From Paramecium tetraurelia (lineage: Eukaryota), in NCBI GenBank assembly GCA_000165425.1, contig CT868073.1:62001-100681 (forward strand): DNA of 38,681 nt. The letters run 5' to 3'. Position 1 is the first letter of the stretch, and every line of letters starts with the position of its first letter. Shown here piece after piece: positions 1-12,170 of the stretch. A model generated the notes under the pieces. It ran no database searches. It saw only the letters and a list, made by a program, of their open reading frames with translations, and was not told the origin of the DNA. The translations under genes were made by a program, and so were the position numbers.

Positions 1-681
1 ACTATCTAATATGAAAAGATTCAAATACTCATAACTTCATCTAGATCTCGATGCAAAATATCATCTGCTTATCGTGCTTTTAAAAATTATAATCTTGCTT
101 CATCCTTATTCAACTTTTATTTAGCTGCATCGAAATTCTGGTTTTTACTCACATCCATCAAAACCGATAGCCCTACACTAGATAAGGTATTTGGATTTTA
201 TTATTCTCTATATACCTTTGCTTTTTCTGTCTACAGTTACTCATATTGTAATTTCATCTTCAAAATTTCTTCTCTTTTCTTATACATTTCTTGATTCGAT
301 ATACCCTTAGTGTTCATCAATTTTTCATTCAAAATATACTATTCTCTATAATTTTATAGGTTCCTTAAGAATTGTTATTCCTTTCCATGAGTTGCTTATC
401 TTTGAGACATCAGATTTTATAAATAATACTTCTTTTAAACTTATTCCGGAGTTAAGAATTTCATTCCTCCTCTATCCAATTAATTAATTTCTGCCTATAT
501 TTTAGCCATATCTCTTTCATATTCTCCTTATATAATATGCAATCTTCCTTAATTACGACAATTACTTATTTAATAACGAAAACATCTCCTATGCTTCTTA
601 ATCATGATTTGCTTATCTAATAGATAAATTACTCTTCTGATTTGCTTACTCTAATAAAGAATCGCTTAAAATTCTAGACAT
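1..681 (-). CDS. Hypothetical coiled-coil-rich protein, 3' end outside the window
   Basis: With code 6, ATG at 681 starts MSRILSDSLLEQ. After a probable small intron (exact site unresolved) the frame reads ...LHIIQGEYERDMAKIQAEINQLDRGGMKFLTPEQ..., rich in E/K/Q. Confidence 0.6.
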
Positions 682-867
682 TCTAATTAAAATTAATTGT
701 TTATCTCGTAAAACAAATTTTATTATTTAATTAATAAAATAATACATATATTTTTATATAAAAAATAGTACAAAATTTACCTCTTAGGAATAAATTCTGA
801 CCTTAATTTATGTACATCCATCCATTTAAAAACATTAGACTAGTTCTAGATATTTAATAATATTTTA
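682..867. promoter_or_regulatory. Short divergent intergenic region, probable bidirectional promoter
   Basis: 186 bp AT-rich spacer between head-to-head start codons at 681(-) and 868(+). No specific motif identified. Confidence 0.4.
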
Positions 868-3192
868 ATGCAATAGAAAACAAATACAATTTGTTAATTA
901 CCCTTAAGGCCGTAAAGAAGAGCAAATCTAGACAAAGATTTTAGGATTAAGACTGTTGAGTCTAATCATTTTGAACTTTAATTTTTAAAGGACGTGATAC
1001 TTCATATTTACAGTTTTGCAATCTAACCTGAACCTCCTTTGGATTCAGAAAAGGAAATTAGAAAATAATTTAATGAATTTAAAGATGAAATTCAAAAGGA
1101 AGGAATTAAAAGGTATTGTATCACAGGAATGAATCTTTGGAGCTATGAATTGAGAAAGAATGCCATTCATTTAGAAAAAGTTATGAATAAAGAAAAGAAG
1201 ATGATACTCGACATCAAATATGTTAAAACAATTAATTTAAAAGAGATGGCCTAGTTTGATGATTAATCATCAATAAATGTAACCAAATAAGCTATCAATG
1301 CTATACTTAAGTAGCTTTATGAATCTAGAAACATGAAAGAGTTGTTTGGAAAAGGTAAATTTTATGAATCCAAAATGAATGAAGAAAAAAACCTCTAAAA
1401 AAATTACAATATTGGCTACATGAAAGGTTTCAGGAGTGCATTTTGCAGCGGACAATCATCTCCTCTACTTTAAATAGATTATAGCGTAAAGTTAATCAAT
1501 ACATATCCCATATCTAGAATAATTTCAGATATGGAATGGAACTATGATAAACATGAATTATAACTACAAATAAGAAAAAAATTAATTGGATAATCTGGGC
1601 TTGCTAAATATTCGAATCGATTCTATAGAATTGATGATATAGATTTTTCTAGAAATCCATAATCCATGATGGAAGATGGAAAAACTACATACCGTTTATA
1701 TTATTAATAAAGATACAATATTACTATAAATGATATATCCTAACCTTTATTGGTCCATCAGACTAAAAAGGGATAAAAAATAAGATTGATTCCTGAATTA
1801 ATGATGTTAACTGGATTATCATAAGCACAAAAAACTAATACTAACATCAAAAAATTCCTTAGGCCTATATTAATTGTGAATTAAAACGAAAGATAATAAA
1901 GGATTATGGATGAGAGAGGTGAATTAGAGTATTTGATGAAGTAATAAAATATAGTTCTCAAATCTAATTCTAAAACATAAGCCTATGAAATAAGGAAGCC
2001 AGAAATATATGCTGAAGGAATAATAAATAGTTTTCCTGGTGGATGCTTTGAGATAAAAAATAAATTTTATTAATAAAGTAAATTAGAAAATTGGGTTTTA
2101 ATATATAATGATTAAGAAGAACAGTTGGCAAATTATTTTTTAAGATAACTAATATCAAGTGGAAATCGTTATGGATTAATCTTATCACAACCTCTTCGTT
2201 AAAAGGTTAAAAGTGATCAAAGCTAAGATTGGATATCATGCCTTGAATAAAATTTTTCAGAGAAAGGAAGGCCAAAATTGGTAGTTTCATTAATAGATCA
2301 AGAAAAAGATAAATAGATTTATCAACAATTAAAATAGTATTTAATTGCTGAGGAAGGCGTATCTCATCAAAATGTCACTCTATAATTGATTGAAAATTAA
2401 AAATTTGGTGCAATAGTTCCTAAAATAATCCAATAAATACATAGCAAATTAGGAAATTAAACGTGGAATATATAAAAGATATAAGAGATCTCAGATAATA
2501 TTATGATTGTTGGAATTGATGTTTATCATAAAACAGTTTTAGGATTGGATTCTTGCGTTGGATTCAATGCTTAATTTGGATAGTAAGGTTATGCTAATTT
2601 CACTAAAACTATAATTGTAAGAAAAGGAAAAGAAATCAATAAAGATGTAGCTATGTTACTAGAACAAAGTTTAGAAGAATATTAGAATTATAATAAAAAA
2701 TTACCTGATACAATTATAATTTTTAGAGATGGAGTAGGGACTTCATAGATAAATAGATTATATTAAGAGGAGGTAGAAACTATGAAAGAGATTATTAATA
2801 ATAAATATAATTTAAAATTACCAGAATTTGCATTTATAATGGTGAATAAGAGAATAAATGATAGGTTCTTTTCATAATCAAAAGAGAATTTTGGAATGAT
2901 TGTTGCAGATAGAGTTGTCTCTTCTCATTTTGATTATTTCTTGATTGCATAATAAGTTAATTAAGGAACAGCAACTCCTACACATTATACAGTTTTGGAA
3001 AATTCAACTAAATGGAATGAAGATTTATTTTGGAAATTCACATTTTATCAATGTTTCAATTACAGAAACTGGTGTGGACCAGTTAAAATACCAGCTTGTG
3101 TTCAGAACGCCCATACTGCTGCGTATAGAGTTGGCGAGGTTATCAAAACCAACGCAAGTTATTATTTGGAAACGAAATTATTTTTCTTATGA
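868..3192 (+). CDS. PTIWI: Piwi-clade Argonaute (Ptiwi family), 774 aa, intronless
   Basis: Single open frame under code 6 from ATG 868 to TGA 3190-3192. PAZ motifs: NRFYRIDDIDF, YYQQRYNITI..QPLL, LIPELMMLTG. MID residues: IYQQLK..SHQNV..QIHSKLG. PIWI motifs: VGIDVYH, KGKEI, IFRDGVG, QGTATPTHY, YRNWCGPVKIPACVQNAH, and C-terminal LFFL. The paralog number cannot be assigned from sequence alone. Confidence 0.97.
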
Positions 3193-3239
3193 AAAAATTG
3201 TGTTTCCTTATAAAAAAATAATCAACAAAAATATATATA

Positions 3240-3755
3240 TCATTAATTTTATTATTTGAAGTAATCACTAAAACTATATTTTTTAAATCCATCCTTCAGA
3301 ACCTTAAGTGTCATTATTTCTTAATTTTGTTCAATTATTTTTGTCTATTGTTCAATTAGTAATTATTTTAATTACTCATTCTCTTATCTAACTAACTCCA
3401 TTTCTAATTCAAAATCATGATTTCGTTATAGTAGTTTTAATATTCTCTTCTCCAATTATTCTTGTTCTTCATTATGCTTCGGTATATAAACTAACTTATC
3501 AAACTCATAAATACTATTTTCGAGTTCCTAAATGTATTCTTGTAACTTTTATTATTCTTTAACTTTGTTTACAGTCTCGACTACTTCACTTCTAATTCTG
3601 GTTCCATTTTTTTAGATTGAATTTATCTTCACTCCTGAACTCCCGCTAACTCTTACAAGTTTCTCAGGAGTGACAAATTTTTATTAAGGAATTGGTGAAT
3701 GAGAAGAATTGCGTGAATTTCTCATATACAAAGAGTGAGATGGTGTTCTATTCAT
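3240..3755 (-). CDS. Hypothetical 171-aa protein with C-terminal coiled coil
   Basis: Open frame MNRTPSHSLYMRNSRNSSHSPIPQQ...KLQEYIQELENSIYEF...EQLEKRILKLLQRNHDFELEMELVRQENEQLKQLL..., ending at TGA 3240-3242; 516 nt. Confidence 0.8.
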
Positions 3756-3811
3756 ATTTTAAATATTTTTAACTTCAAATATATTAATAAACTTATAATA
3801 CTACTATACTA

Positions 3812-4899
3812 TCAATAATTTATTGATAATGCTTATTAGGCCATTTCAGAAAAACTATCAATTGCTAATTTAGCTAATCCATTCGTTCCCCAAGTATCTC
3901 CCCATGTGTTTTCAATAACCCAAAACTATTATCCATTTTATTCACCCCACCCTATAATTTTCACTGCTTAGCCACCATGAAAATGAGGCTACCCTTCCAA
4001 AACTTAATAAATTCCATCTCGATAGATTAAAAAGTCTTTATAAACTGGGATAATAGCAACTACTGGTCCTTTATTTAGGATATCTCTTTTGATATCCTAG
4101 TATATAAACATTAATACGTCTTTATTCTATAACTAGCAATATGACTCTGCTTTATATCTCTAACAATGTCCAAGGGCATTAGTACACTCTTTAAATGTAT
4201 CATCTCCTTTAAAAGGATGACATTCATTTGTTGTTAATCCATGCTTTATAATATAATCAGCTGATTTTGTTAAATGTCCTCCTTTGCACCCCAAGTTTAA
4301 TTTACCATCGCATGACAATAAATTTTGAGCAGATAATTATTAAGTTTAATTTTATTTGCAAACTCTGTCTGAGAATGAAGAAGAAACAGCGATAGAATAA
4401 GAAGATGAACAATTTCCCTAATTGTAAACTTGGTGATTGCATTATGGATATGCTTCTTTGAAGTTGTAATATACAGGAGTTTCATCCATAAACGACAATT
4501 TGCATTTCTCTACATTTATTTGTTACGTGAAATCGTTTTTAAATAAGGTTTTTGCTTACATTAATGTGATATTCTATTGTAAATAATAATTAAACATAGA
4601 AAAAAGCATTTGGGCCTAATGTGTATGAATGGCCTTAGGAATTATGAGACTTTATTTCAGATTCATTAATTATGATGTATTCTTTTGTTTATTTAGTAAA
4701 CGATAAAAAAGAAATGATAACAAATCCAATCACAACTATTAACTTTGAAGAATTTCTTACTTGATAATATAATATGAATTCTGTAAGTGGTTATAAAATC
4801 TGGTTTAGTGGTCCTTTTCTTAATCGCTGTTTATAATAGTTTTAATTTCTCAACTTATTACTTTGTAGGACAAGGACTCGACGAACGTGGTCCACGCAT
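3812..4899 (-). CDS. Papain-family (C1A) cathepsin-B-like protein, predicted catalytically inactive, with an N-terminal membrane anchor
   Basis: Three introns (4736-4760, 4574-4595, 4097-4117) give 339 aa. Motifs: NQGNCSSSYSIA..FSDRVC, LSAQNLLSCD..GCKGG, NKGPVVA, GGQAVKIIGWG, WVIENTWGDTWG. Hydrophobic segment IHIILSIVIGFVIISFLSF follows a ~40-aa basic N-terminus. Confidence 0.9.
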
Positions 4900-5906
4900 T
4901 CTTAATTAATTAATAATTATTTAATCATTTTTTTATCATAATAAAAAAGTCATAGGATATTCCTTACGATATTAAAGCAATCCAAATTAATTAAGCTAAG
5001 ACATCTTAAGAAACCTAAAATAAAGGATGAATATTAGGTTAAAGCTTATGATTGAAATGCTGCTAATATTTAATCAAAATGTGTATTATGTTAAGATTAG
5101 TTCTAGAGAATTGGTTGGAAAATATCTTTGTTATTAGAATATAAATCAAAGCATCTTTTATAAATCAAATATGAATTTAATCCAAAATAGAAATGAAAAC
5201 AAAATATTAGAAAAAGTATCTCTAATGATACTCCAACCTATATTTTCTTTCCTTTTTCTTAATTTGATATTTTAATACGAATAACATTTCTTTCAAAATA
5301 GATAACACCTGATAAAAATACAAAAATATTAATACAGCAAACAATTAACATAAATATAAACTCAAAATGACTATTATTCTTGATATTTGTTGTATGTTAT
5401 TGAGGAACAATAAATTCATATATAAATTTGTATTTGATTAGATATCAGTAGAGCTATTCTAAAAAATACATCTTTTATTTTAATAAAGAAAAAAGGTAGT
5501 TTTATTTAATATAATTATTCTAAACTTATTTATATCATAATAAGGTTTGAAATCGTACCTCTAATTATTATTCGTAAGTTGGTGAAGATGCTTGCCAAGA
5601 TCCCCCTCCATTATATCAATATTATAGATTTCTATATATTGATATTCAAAACCTTATGTAATTCAGTATTTCTTCATACTTATTTTAATATAAAATCTTA
5701 TAAAGTTTCTAGTATCAGTAACTGGCTTAGTAATTTTAAGATCTTTGATTACTTTGTTGATTATTAGATAAATAACTCTATAAGTATTATATTTTTGCTC
5801 TAAATTTTACTAAAGATAATTACAATTGATATTGGTAACTCTAATATCATAATGGCTATTTAAAGCTGATTGTTTATTAGTGAATATTTCATAATAAAAT
5901 TTAATA

Positions 5907-6308
5907 ATGGATAATTAAAAGAAGTGCCTTTTTGAAAAATTTGGAGGAGACTAACAAGTTTCGGAACTCATTGATCAATTCTATTATAAAGTATTGTTTG
6001 ATAAGCTACTTCGTGACAAATTTTTGAAGGCAGATATGAGTAGAGTTAGATATCAATAAAAGCGATTTTTCGCTTAGATGATGGGCGATTCCAATACCTA
6101 ATATACTGGAAGGTATTTTATTTGTTTAAATAACAATAGAGATTTAATCGAAGTCCACAAAAATCTCAATATCACCAACTAGTAATTTGATAAATTTAAA
6201 ACACATCTCAAAAATATTGCTTTAGATATGGAAATACCCAATGCAGACATAGAAGAGCTACTTCAACATGTTGAAAAACATAGAGACTTCATTGTATTCT
6301 AAAAATGA
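5907..6308 (+). CDS. Group I (trHbN-type, 2/2) truncated hemoglobin, 124 aa
   Basis: MDNQKKCLFEKFGGDQQVSELIDQFYYKVLFDKLLRDKFLKADMSRVRYQQKRFFAQMMG..YTGRDLIEVHKNLNITNQQFD.... Has the LFEKxGG start, Phe-Tyr at B9/B10, the YxGR motif and proximal His F8. One 27-nt intron at 6113-6139. Confidence 0.92.
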
Positions 6309-6548
6309 TAAAATGTTTATGTAATTGGTTATTATTATATATACAAATACCCAATTATTTTTGTCATATTAATTTTATCCATTTTATTTAGAATTCTAAA
6401 TTGCATCATGTACAATTTCATATTAAATAATCTCTAATATTAATAATACTAAAAGTAAATTAATACGCAATATTATCAAATAGAAATAATTTGATAGAAG
6501 TGAATCTTGGAAATTATAGTTAATTGTTATATCATATTGAATCAATAA

Positions 6549-7331
6549 TCAAATTTAACTTATGCAATGTCTTTTCCTTGGAGATGTGTTTGCTTTTATC
6601 CATATTTATTACTTTTCACTTTTAGTCTAATTTTTTTTGAATAAAGGAATCAAATAGACATTCTAGTATTTTTTATTTTGAGCTATGATAGCTTCCCTAT
6701 TAATTGGAGATCTTTGCGTTAACGATTTTAAAGAATAATTTTCTAATAGCGGTTTTGGTGGTTGACTCAATTTACGAATTGGACTCTAAGGTTTAGATGA
6801 TATTTTGAAAGTATTCAATTAATCTAAATTAAAAAACGAGGACTTTTTTTATTTTTATTCAGCAATCAATTATAACTTTTCTTCAGAATTAGCTAATATT
6901 ATGCTCTAACGAAATCTACAGTGATGTGCAAATCTACTTTGTCTTCGAGATGATAAGACTGATGATTTCTTCAGAAGTGGCGAATCTTCAAATTGAGGAG
7001 AGAATTCGTCAGCATTTAAAGAAGATTGAGTTTAAGAAATAGCAATTTATTGTTTTTTGAATATTGGTCTTACTTTCTCTCTGTGAAATGGAATATGATG
7101 TGTTTTATATTAAAATTAACTTTAAGTTCCACATTCTGAACAATAGCAACTTCTTCTTCTGTTTTTATTAATCTTGATTAGGTTGTGCACATCTTATTTG
7201 TATGTAGATCTAGGTGTATTGTCTCTATATTATTTAAAAACAATAGGTTTATATGACTTGAGATAACTATACAAAGAGCCTTGTTTATCATCACATTTAG
7301 AATTAATAGGATGGTGTTGTCTACTCATCAT
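6549..7331 (-). CDS. Hypothetical basic, low-complexity protein (~260 aa) with an RRRSCYCSECG motif
   Basis: ATG at 7331 and TGA at 6549-6551 are in the same frame (783 nt). Lys/Arg/Ser rich. Confidence 0.7.
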
Positions 7332-7472
7332 TATTAGTAAAATATGATATTAAAATTTTTAATCAAATTGTACATTTAAAGTCTTATTTCTTATTAATTT
7401 AGGGTTAATCCAAATTAATAATATTGAAATAGCTGTTCTAAATTAGATGGTAATTTAATTATATACTATATA

Positions 7473-7832
7473 ATGAATAAATAATTATCATTTAATTCTG
7501 AGGATAACATTGAATTTAAGGAAAAATATAAATCAAATAATGAATTGATGTTTGATAATGTTTTAATACCTTTTGTTTGTATTGGTGAAGTGAAATGGTT
7601 TACAATGTCTTCCTAAAAATTTAATTTATATTCAGAGTTGGAGATGTAGACTAAAATATCATTAAAAATTTAAAATGCATCTCCATATGCAACCACAAAT
7701 GAACTATTAATATAAACTGTATCTTTTCCTTAGAAGACTCCATATAAACTAATTGCAAAAGAAGTGCTATTTTAGAATAATTCCTAAATTATAAAATATC
7801 TTTTAGTTGTTGATTATAAAAATTTGCTTTGA
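7473..7832 (+). CDS. Hypothetical protein or gene fragment; coding-like sequence may continue to ~8210
   Basis: Frame MNKQLSFNSEDNIEFKEKY... is open to TGA 7830-7832. Downstream sequence looks coding but I could not join it confidently. Confidence 0.35.
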
Positions 7833-8384
7833 GTAAAGTTATCCATAATGTGCTACTTAATTTTAAACAACCTTTTCTTTTCTGCTGTTTTATTAAATAT
7901 GCTCCTTATATTCAATAATTAGCTGAGAATTTGCCAAATGTTTTTATCAACATGTAATGAATATATTCTCCTTCTATTATTTTGATGCTTCTAAAAAATA
8001 TGTTTGCGCTAAAACTATAGAATTAGTTTTCATGGAATAAATATTGGCATAAGATAATATAACATTTGTAGAATAAGTCTTGCTTCATATAAGAGATACT
8101 TTATTAAAGGTCTCCTAATCCATTAAATCTAGAAAATTGATGGTTTCCGTTTTTTATTTGCGGTAGTAATTAAATCAGAAAATTAGTAAGCAACAGTGTT
8201 TATATTATGATACCAAAAGAATGCCATAAAATAAGTGAGTTTAGAGATTTTTGGTTTCTTTTAGTTTGGAGAACTATGGTATTCTCATTATTTTATTTTA
8301 GTTATTGATCTATGTATATCAAAATTTAGTATGAGAATAGAAATCATTAATGAAATGAATTATATTAAATATAACAATTAAAGC

Positions 8385-11300
8385 ATGTTGTTTGAGAAAC
8401 TAAAAATATACAACACAAAAGAAAAGCTATTGGAAAGATTGAAAGAACTCAAGAAGGAGGAGGAATTGAAAAGAAATACTCCAATGAAAGAAAAAGTTAA
8501 ACGAACTTGTACGTAAATTTTGAGTTAATAATTTAGTTTCAACATCTCAATCATAAAGAACAACTTTGAATAGTTTTAATCGGTTGTCAACTTCCCCTAA
8601 AGTTTAATGCAATTTGGAAATTGAAAAAATTAAAATGCCTCTCACTTTTGAAAGATATCAAAATGTAACAAGGATGACAGAAATCCCTATACGTTAAAAG
8701 TTTTAATATTTTAAGTAATAAATAGATTATCAACTCCACAACCTCCTCAAAAGAGTATCCTTGAAAAATTAAATGAATAAGAGGAAGAGAAAATGATTAG
8801 AGAATTAATTGATAATTTTAAGCCAGAATTGTATGACGATATGATGGAGAATGATTAACAAGAAATTGAAAGATAAAATGATGAAGCACATACGAATTCG
8901 ATGAAACAATTTTCATATCAAGATTATAGTCCTTAAAGGATGAATATGATAAAAAAGCATCAGCATCATCACCATAAATCAAACCCATCTCACCTCAAGA
9001 ATAATCAAAAATACGAAGAGCAAAAACAGCTATACATATAATAATTGGAATATAAGGGAGATATTAATTAAGAATTAACTACTGATAGAGGAAAATATAT
9101 GAGGAAATTTCGATTGGCTAAGTAATCAATAGATATTATTTCCTTAGTAAGAATTTGAATAAAGTATCCTAAGAAGATTACAGAAAGACTATGAAACAAT
9201 TTAATAAATTAGAGGATTATGCATAATTTTATAAATAAACTCCTAATTTGTACATATAATTGAACAAAAGCTCCCATTAATAGCAAATATTTTAGAGTGG
9301 TCTAGGACTCGTTTAATAATGTAATCACATCTAAGCTGCTAATGCGTAAGCACAAATTAGATCCCCTTAATAAGTTAAAGTATTTTCTGATGCTCTCAAA
9401 ACTCAGTAATGTAAGACTATTACACATTTAAAGTTGAATCACAATAAACTTAATTCATTGAAGTACCCCTCTTGATTATATTTTATTAGAATTCAACAAT
9501 TGACAAAGTCATTCCCATAACATCTGTAGGAATTAGATTTAATGAATAATGGATTAGATTCAAAGTCTTGTTAGTTATTATCTAAATATATCTAAAAATC
9601 ATAGATAAAGAAAGTAAATTTGGAAAACAATAGAATTGGCGATATTGGAAGTAACGCATTATGCTAGGCCGTGCAGGATCACGATTATTTATTATACTTA
9701 AATTTATCCAAAAATAATTTAACAGAACATTGTTGTGTTGAACTAGCAAACTATATCAAGAAAACACAGGTTCTATTTGAATTATATCTTCATTTTAATT
9801 CAATAAATAGCGTTGGAGCTGTTAATATTTGGAAAGCATTGTATAAAAATTCTAGCGTCAAGGTCTTTGATATTTCATATAACAGAACAGCCTCTTTAGA
9901 ATGTTCTTAACAAATGGCCAAAGTAATTATTAAATAGTATCCAGAACTGATGCATATTGATATTTCATATAATGGATTTAATGAGGAACAGTCTATTGAA
10001 ATTAAAAAAGCCTTAGATTAAAATTAGAATATATATGGATTTCATTATTAGGGGAATTGCCCAAAATATGCAGTTGACTCTACTGGACATTTAAGAGATA
10101 GAATTCAAGAAGCTATAGATATCCAAAAAAAAATTGATGAATGCAAAAAAAATCCTCAAACTACTCTAAAATTAGTAGATGACAATCAAAATCCTGAATT
10201 ATAAATTTAAGAACAATAATAGCATTAATAGCAATAGCATAAAAGAATAAAAGATTTATAAACTGATTCAGAACTGTATAGGAATTTTAGATTTCGAAGA
10301 ATTTAAGGAATGAAGCCAATAAAACAAAACTATGACACTGACAGTGAATTGGATGCATGCTGGATATGTGATGGTTGGTAAGAAGTAAAATTTACTTGGA
10401 CACCTGGTAAATCAGGTGGAATGAATAATGATCCTATATTTGTTCATTTGAACTTTGAAACTTACAAACCTGTTTTAATGACACTTCATAATGGAGAATA
10501 TTCTGCTTATAGAATGTGTCCTCCAAATTTCAGAGTCACATATTTTTTCAGCAATCCTGTACTTGGGATCTAAACAACTGCAAAAAATCAGTTAATTACA
10601 TAAACTCCTCAAGAAGACGCTTTATATTCAACAAAACAATCCTTTTTATATAATGGAGATATTCTCATTGAAGGAAACAAAATGGGGTTCGTTAATGAAC
10701 TTTTTACTGAAGATAAACAGTCAATTATGGATAGATACTTTGCAAAAATCTTTAGTAAACCTAGAGAAGAAGAAAAAACCTTTGATTTGACTTAATTTCT
10801 AACCAAAACAGAAAAATTTTGGAGTTATGAAATCTCCATTTTTAAAAACTATTAACCAGACAATGATGAATTAATTGATGAATGTTTTGAATATGATTAT
10901 GGAAGTTCAAAAATTAATAAAATTATTAAGGACCCAATTGAATATAATGAGGTGAAGGAAATTATGAGAGAGTATTATCCTTATATTTTTGCAGCATATA
11001 AATTTCTAGCATCGACCCTGATTGGAGCAACAATTCCTTGTATTTCATCCAATGCCTTTTCGGACTTTTTATCAGCCACAGGAGTCATATCTGAAAAATT
11101 TAGATCTGGAGATATTGATTTAAATTTTATTGCAACATCAAATGTTAAAGATATCAATTATCCAAATGTTTATGAAAAGGCCTTAGTGAGATATTAATTA
11201 ATGGAAGTATTAGTTAGAATTGCTATTGACAAATATCTGAGAACCTAAATTTGCAAGTCAATAAAAGAGAGTTTGAGAAAAATGTTTGAAGAGGATGGAA

Positions 11301-12170
11301 TTAAATTAAAACTATAAGAAATTGATCGCAGTTAAGATTGGAGAGATATGAGATATTGGAATGAATAATGTGACATTTTATTAAGTAATTAATATAGTTA
11401 AATTTTCTATTAGAGGATAGATTACCAATGTTAAAAATGCTTTTCAAATTTACATCTAAATTAAATGCCAAACAAAAGTATTACAAACATATATGGCTAT
11501 AATTTAAAGATTTCAGGGATTTATTAAATAAATGCGATTTGTATTGTGATATTTTTGTTGAAAGGGATGCTTATCTTGCTTATCTACTAGCAATGCAGAC
11601 CTCTGTTGATGAACTTTACCTGCTAAAACATTTCTAAATGGAATTTTATGAATTTTTAGAAACTTTGGCTAGATGTGCTGAAAAATTATCACTCGTAAGA
11701 ACTATTGATTAAATGACTATTGATGATCGAAGATTGCAACCCCTATTTAAGAAATTAGATGCACTAACCTTTCTCATTTATATTAGATTGGGTGAAATTA
11801 TTAAAGCATAATTTCGTGAATCTGACGATCTTTCTGATTTTGATAAATGTATGTAAAAGACTTACGGTCAACTACCAAAACAGCCAAATCCTGATGATGA
11901 GGAAAATACTGATAAGATAACACCTTAATAAGAAGAAAAACTCATTAGAAGAACAACTTAAAACCATCGTTGTCCAACCTTTAATTACTATTGTATTATG
12001 CTTAATTCAATTTAGTCTTAACCAAATAAAAAATCAACTGGAATGACCATTTTTGCAGGTCATCAAATAAGCTATAGTAGCAGAAATCTAATTTTAAAAT
12101 AACACATTTAATTTAATCAAATGTTGTATAATATTTTAGGAACAAAGAGGAAGAATAACAACTAAAATGA
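8385..12170 (+). CDS. Large leucine-rich-repeat (RNI-like) protein, multi-exon
   Basis: LRRs such as LYLNLSKNNLTEHCCVELA, LYLHFNSINSVGA and VFDISYN at ~9500-10050, then CWICDGWQEVKF and a helical C-terminal region. Small introns include 8509-8536 and ~11993-12015; the last exon ends ...EEEQQLK* at 12170. Confidence 0.85.

Noticed and set aside
868..3192. Prokaryotic Argonaute defence operon
   Set aside because: The motifs are eukaryotic Piwi-clade, the code is ciliate, neighbouring genes have spliceosomal introns, and there is no operon structure.
4930..5880. Possible gene between the cathepsin-like gene and the globin
   Set aside because: No sustained open frame or recognisable motif in the frames I examined.
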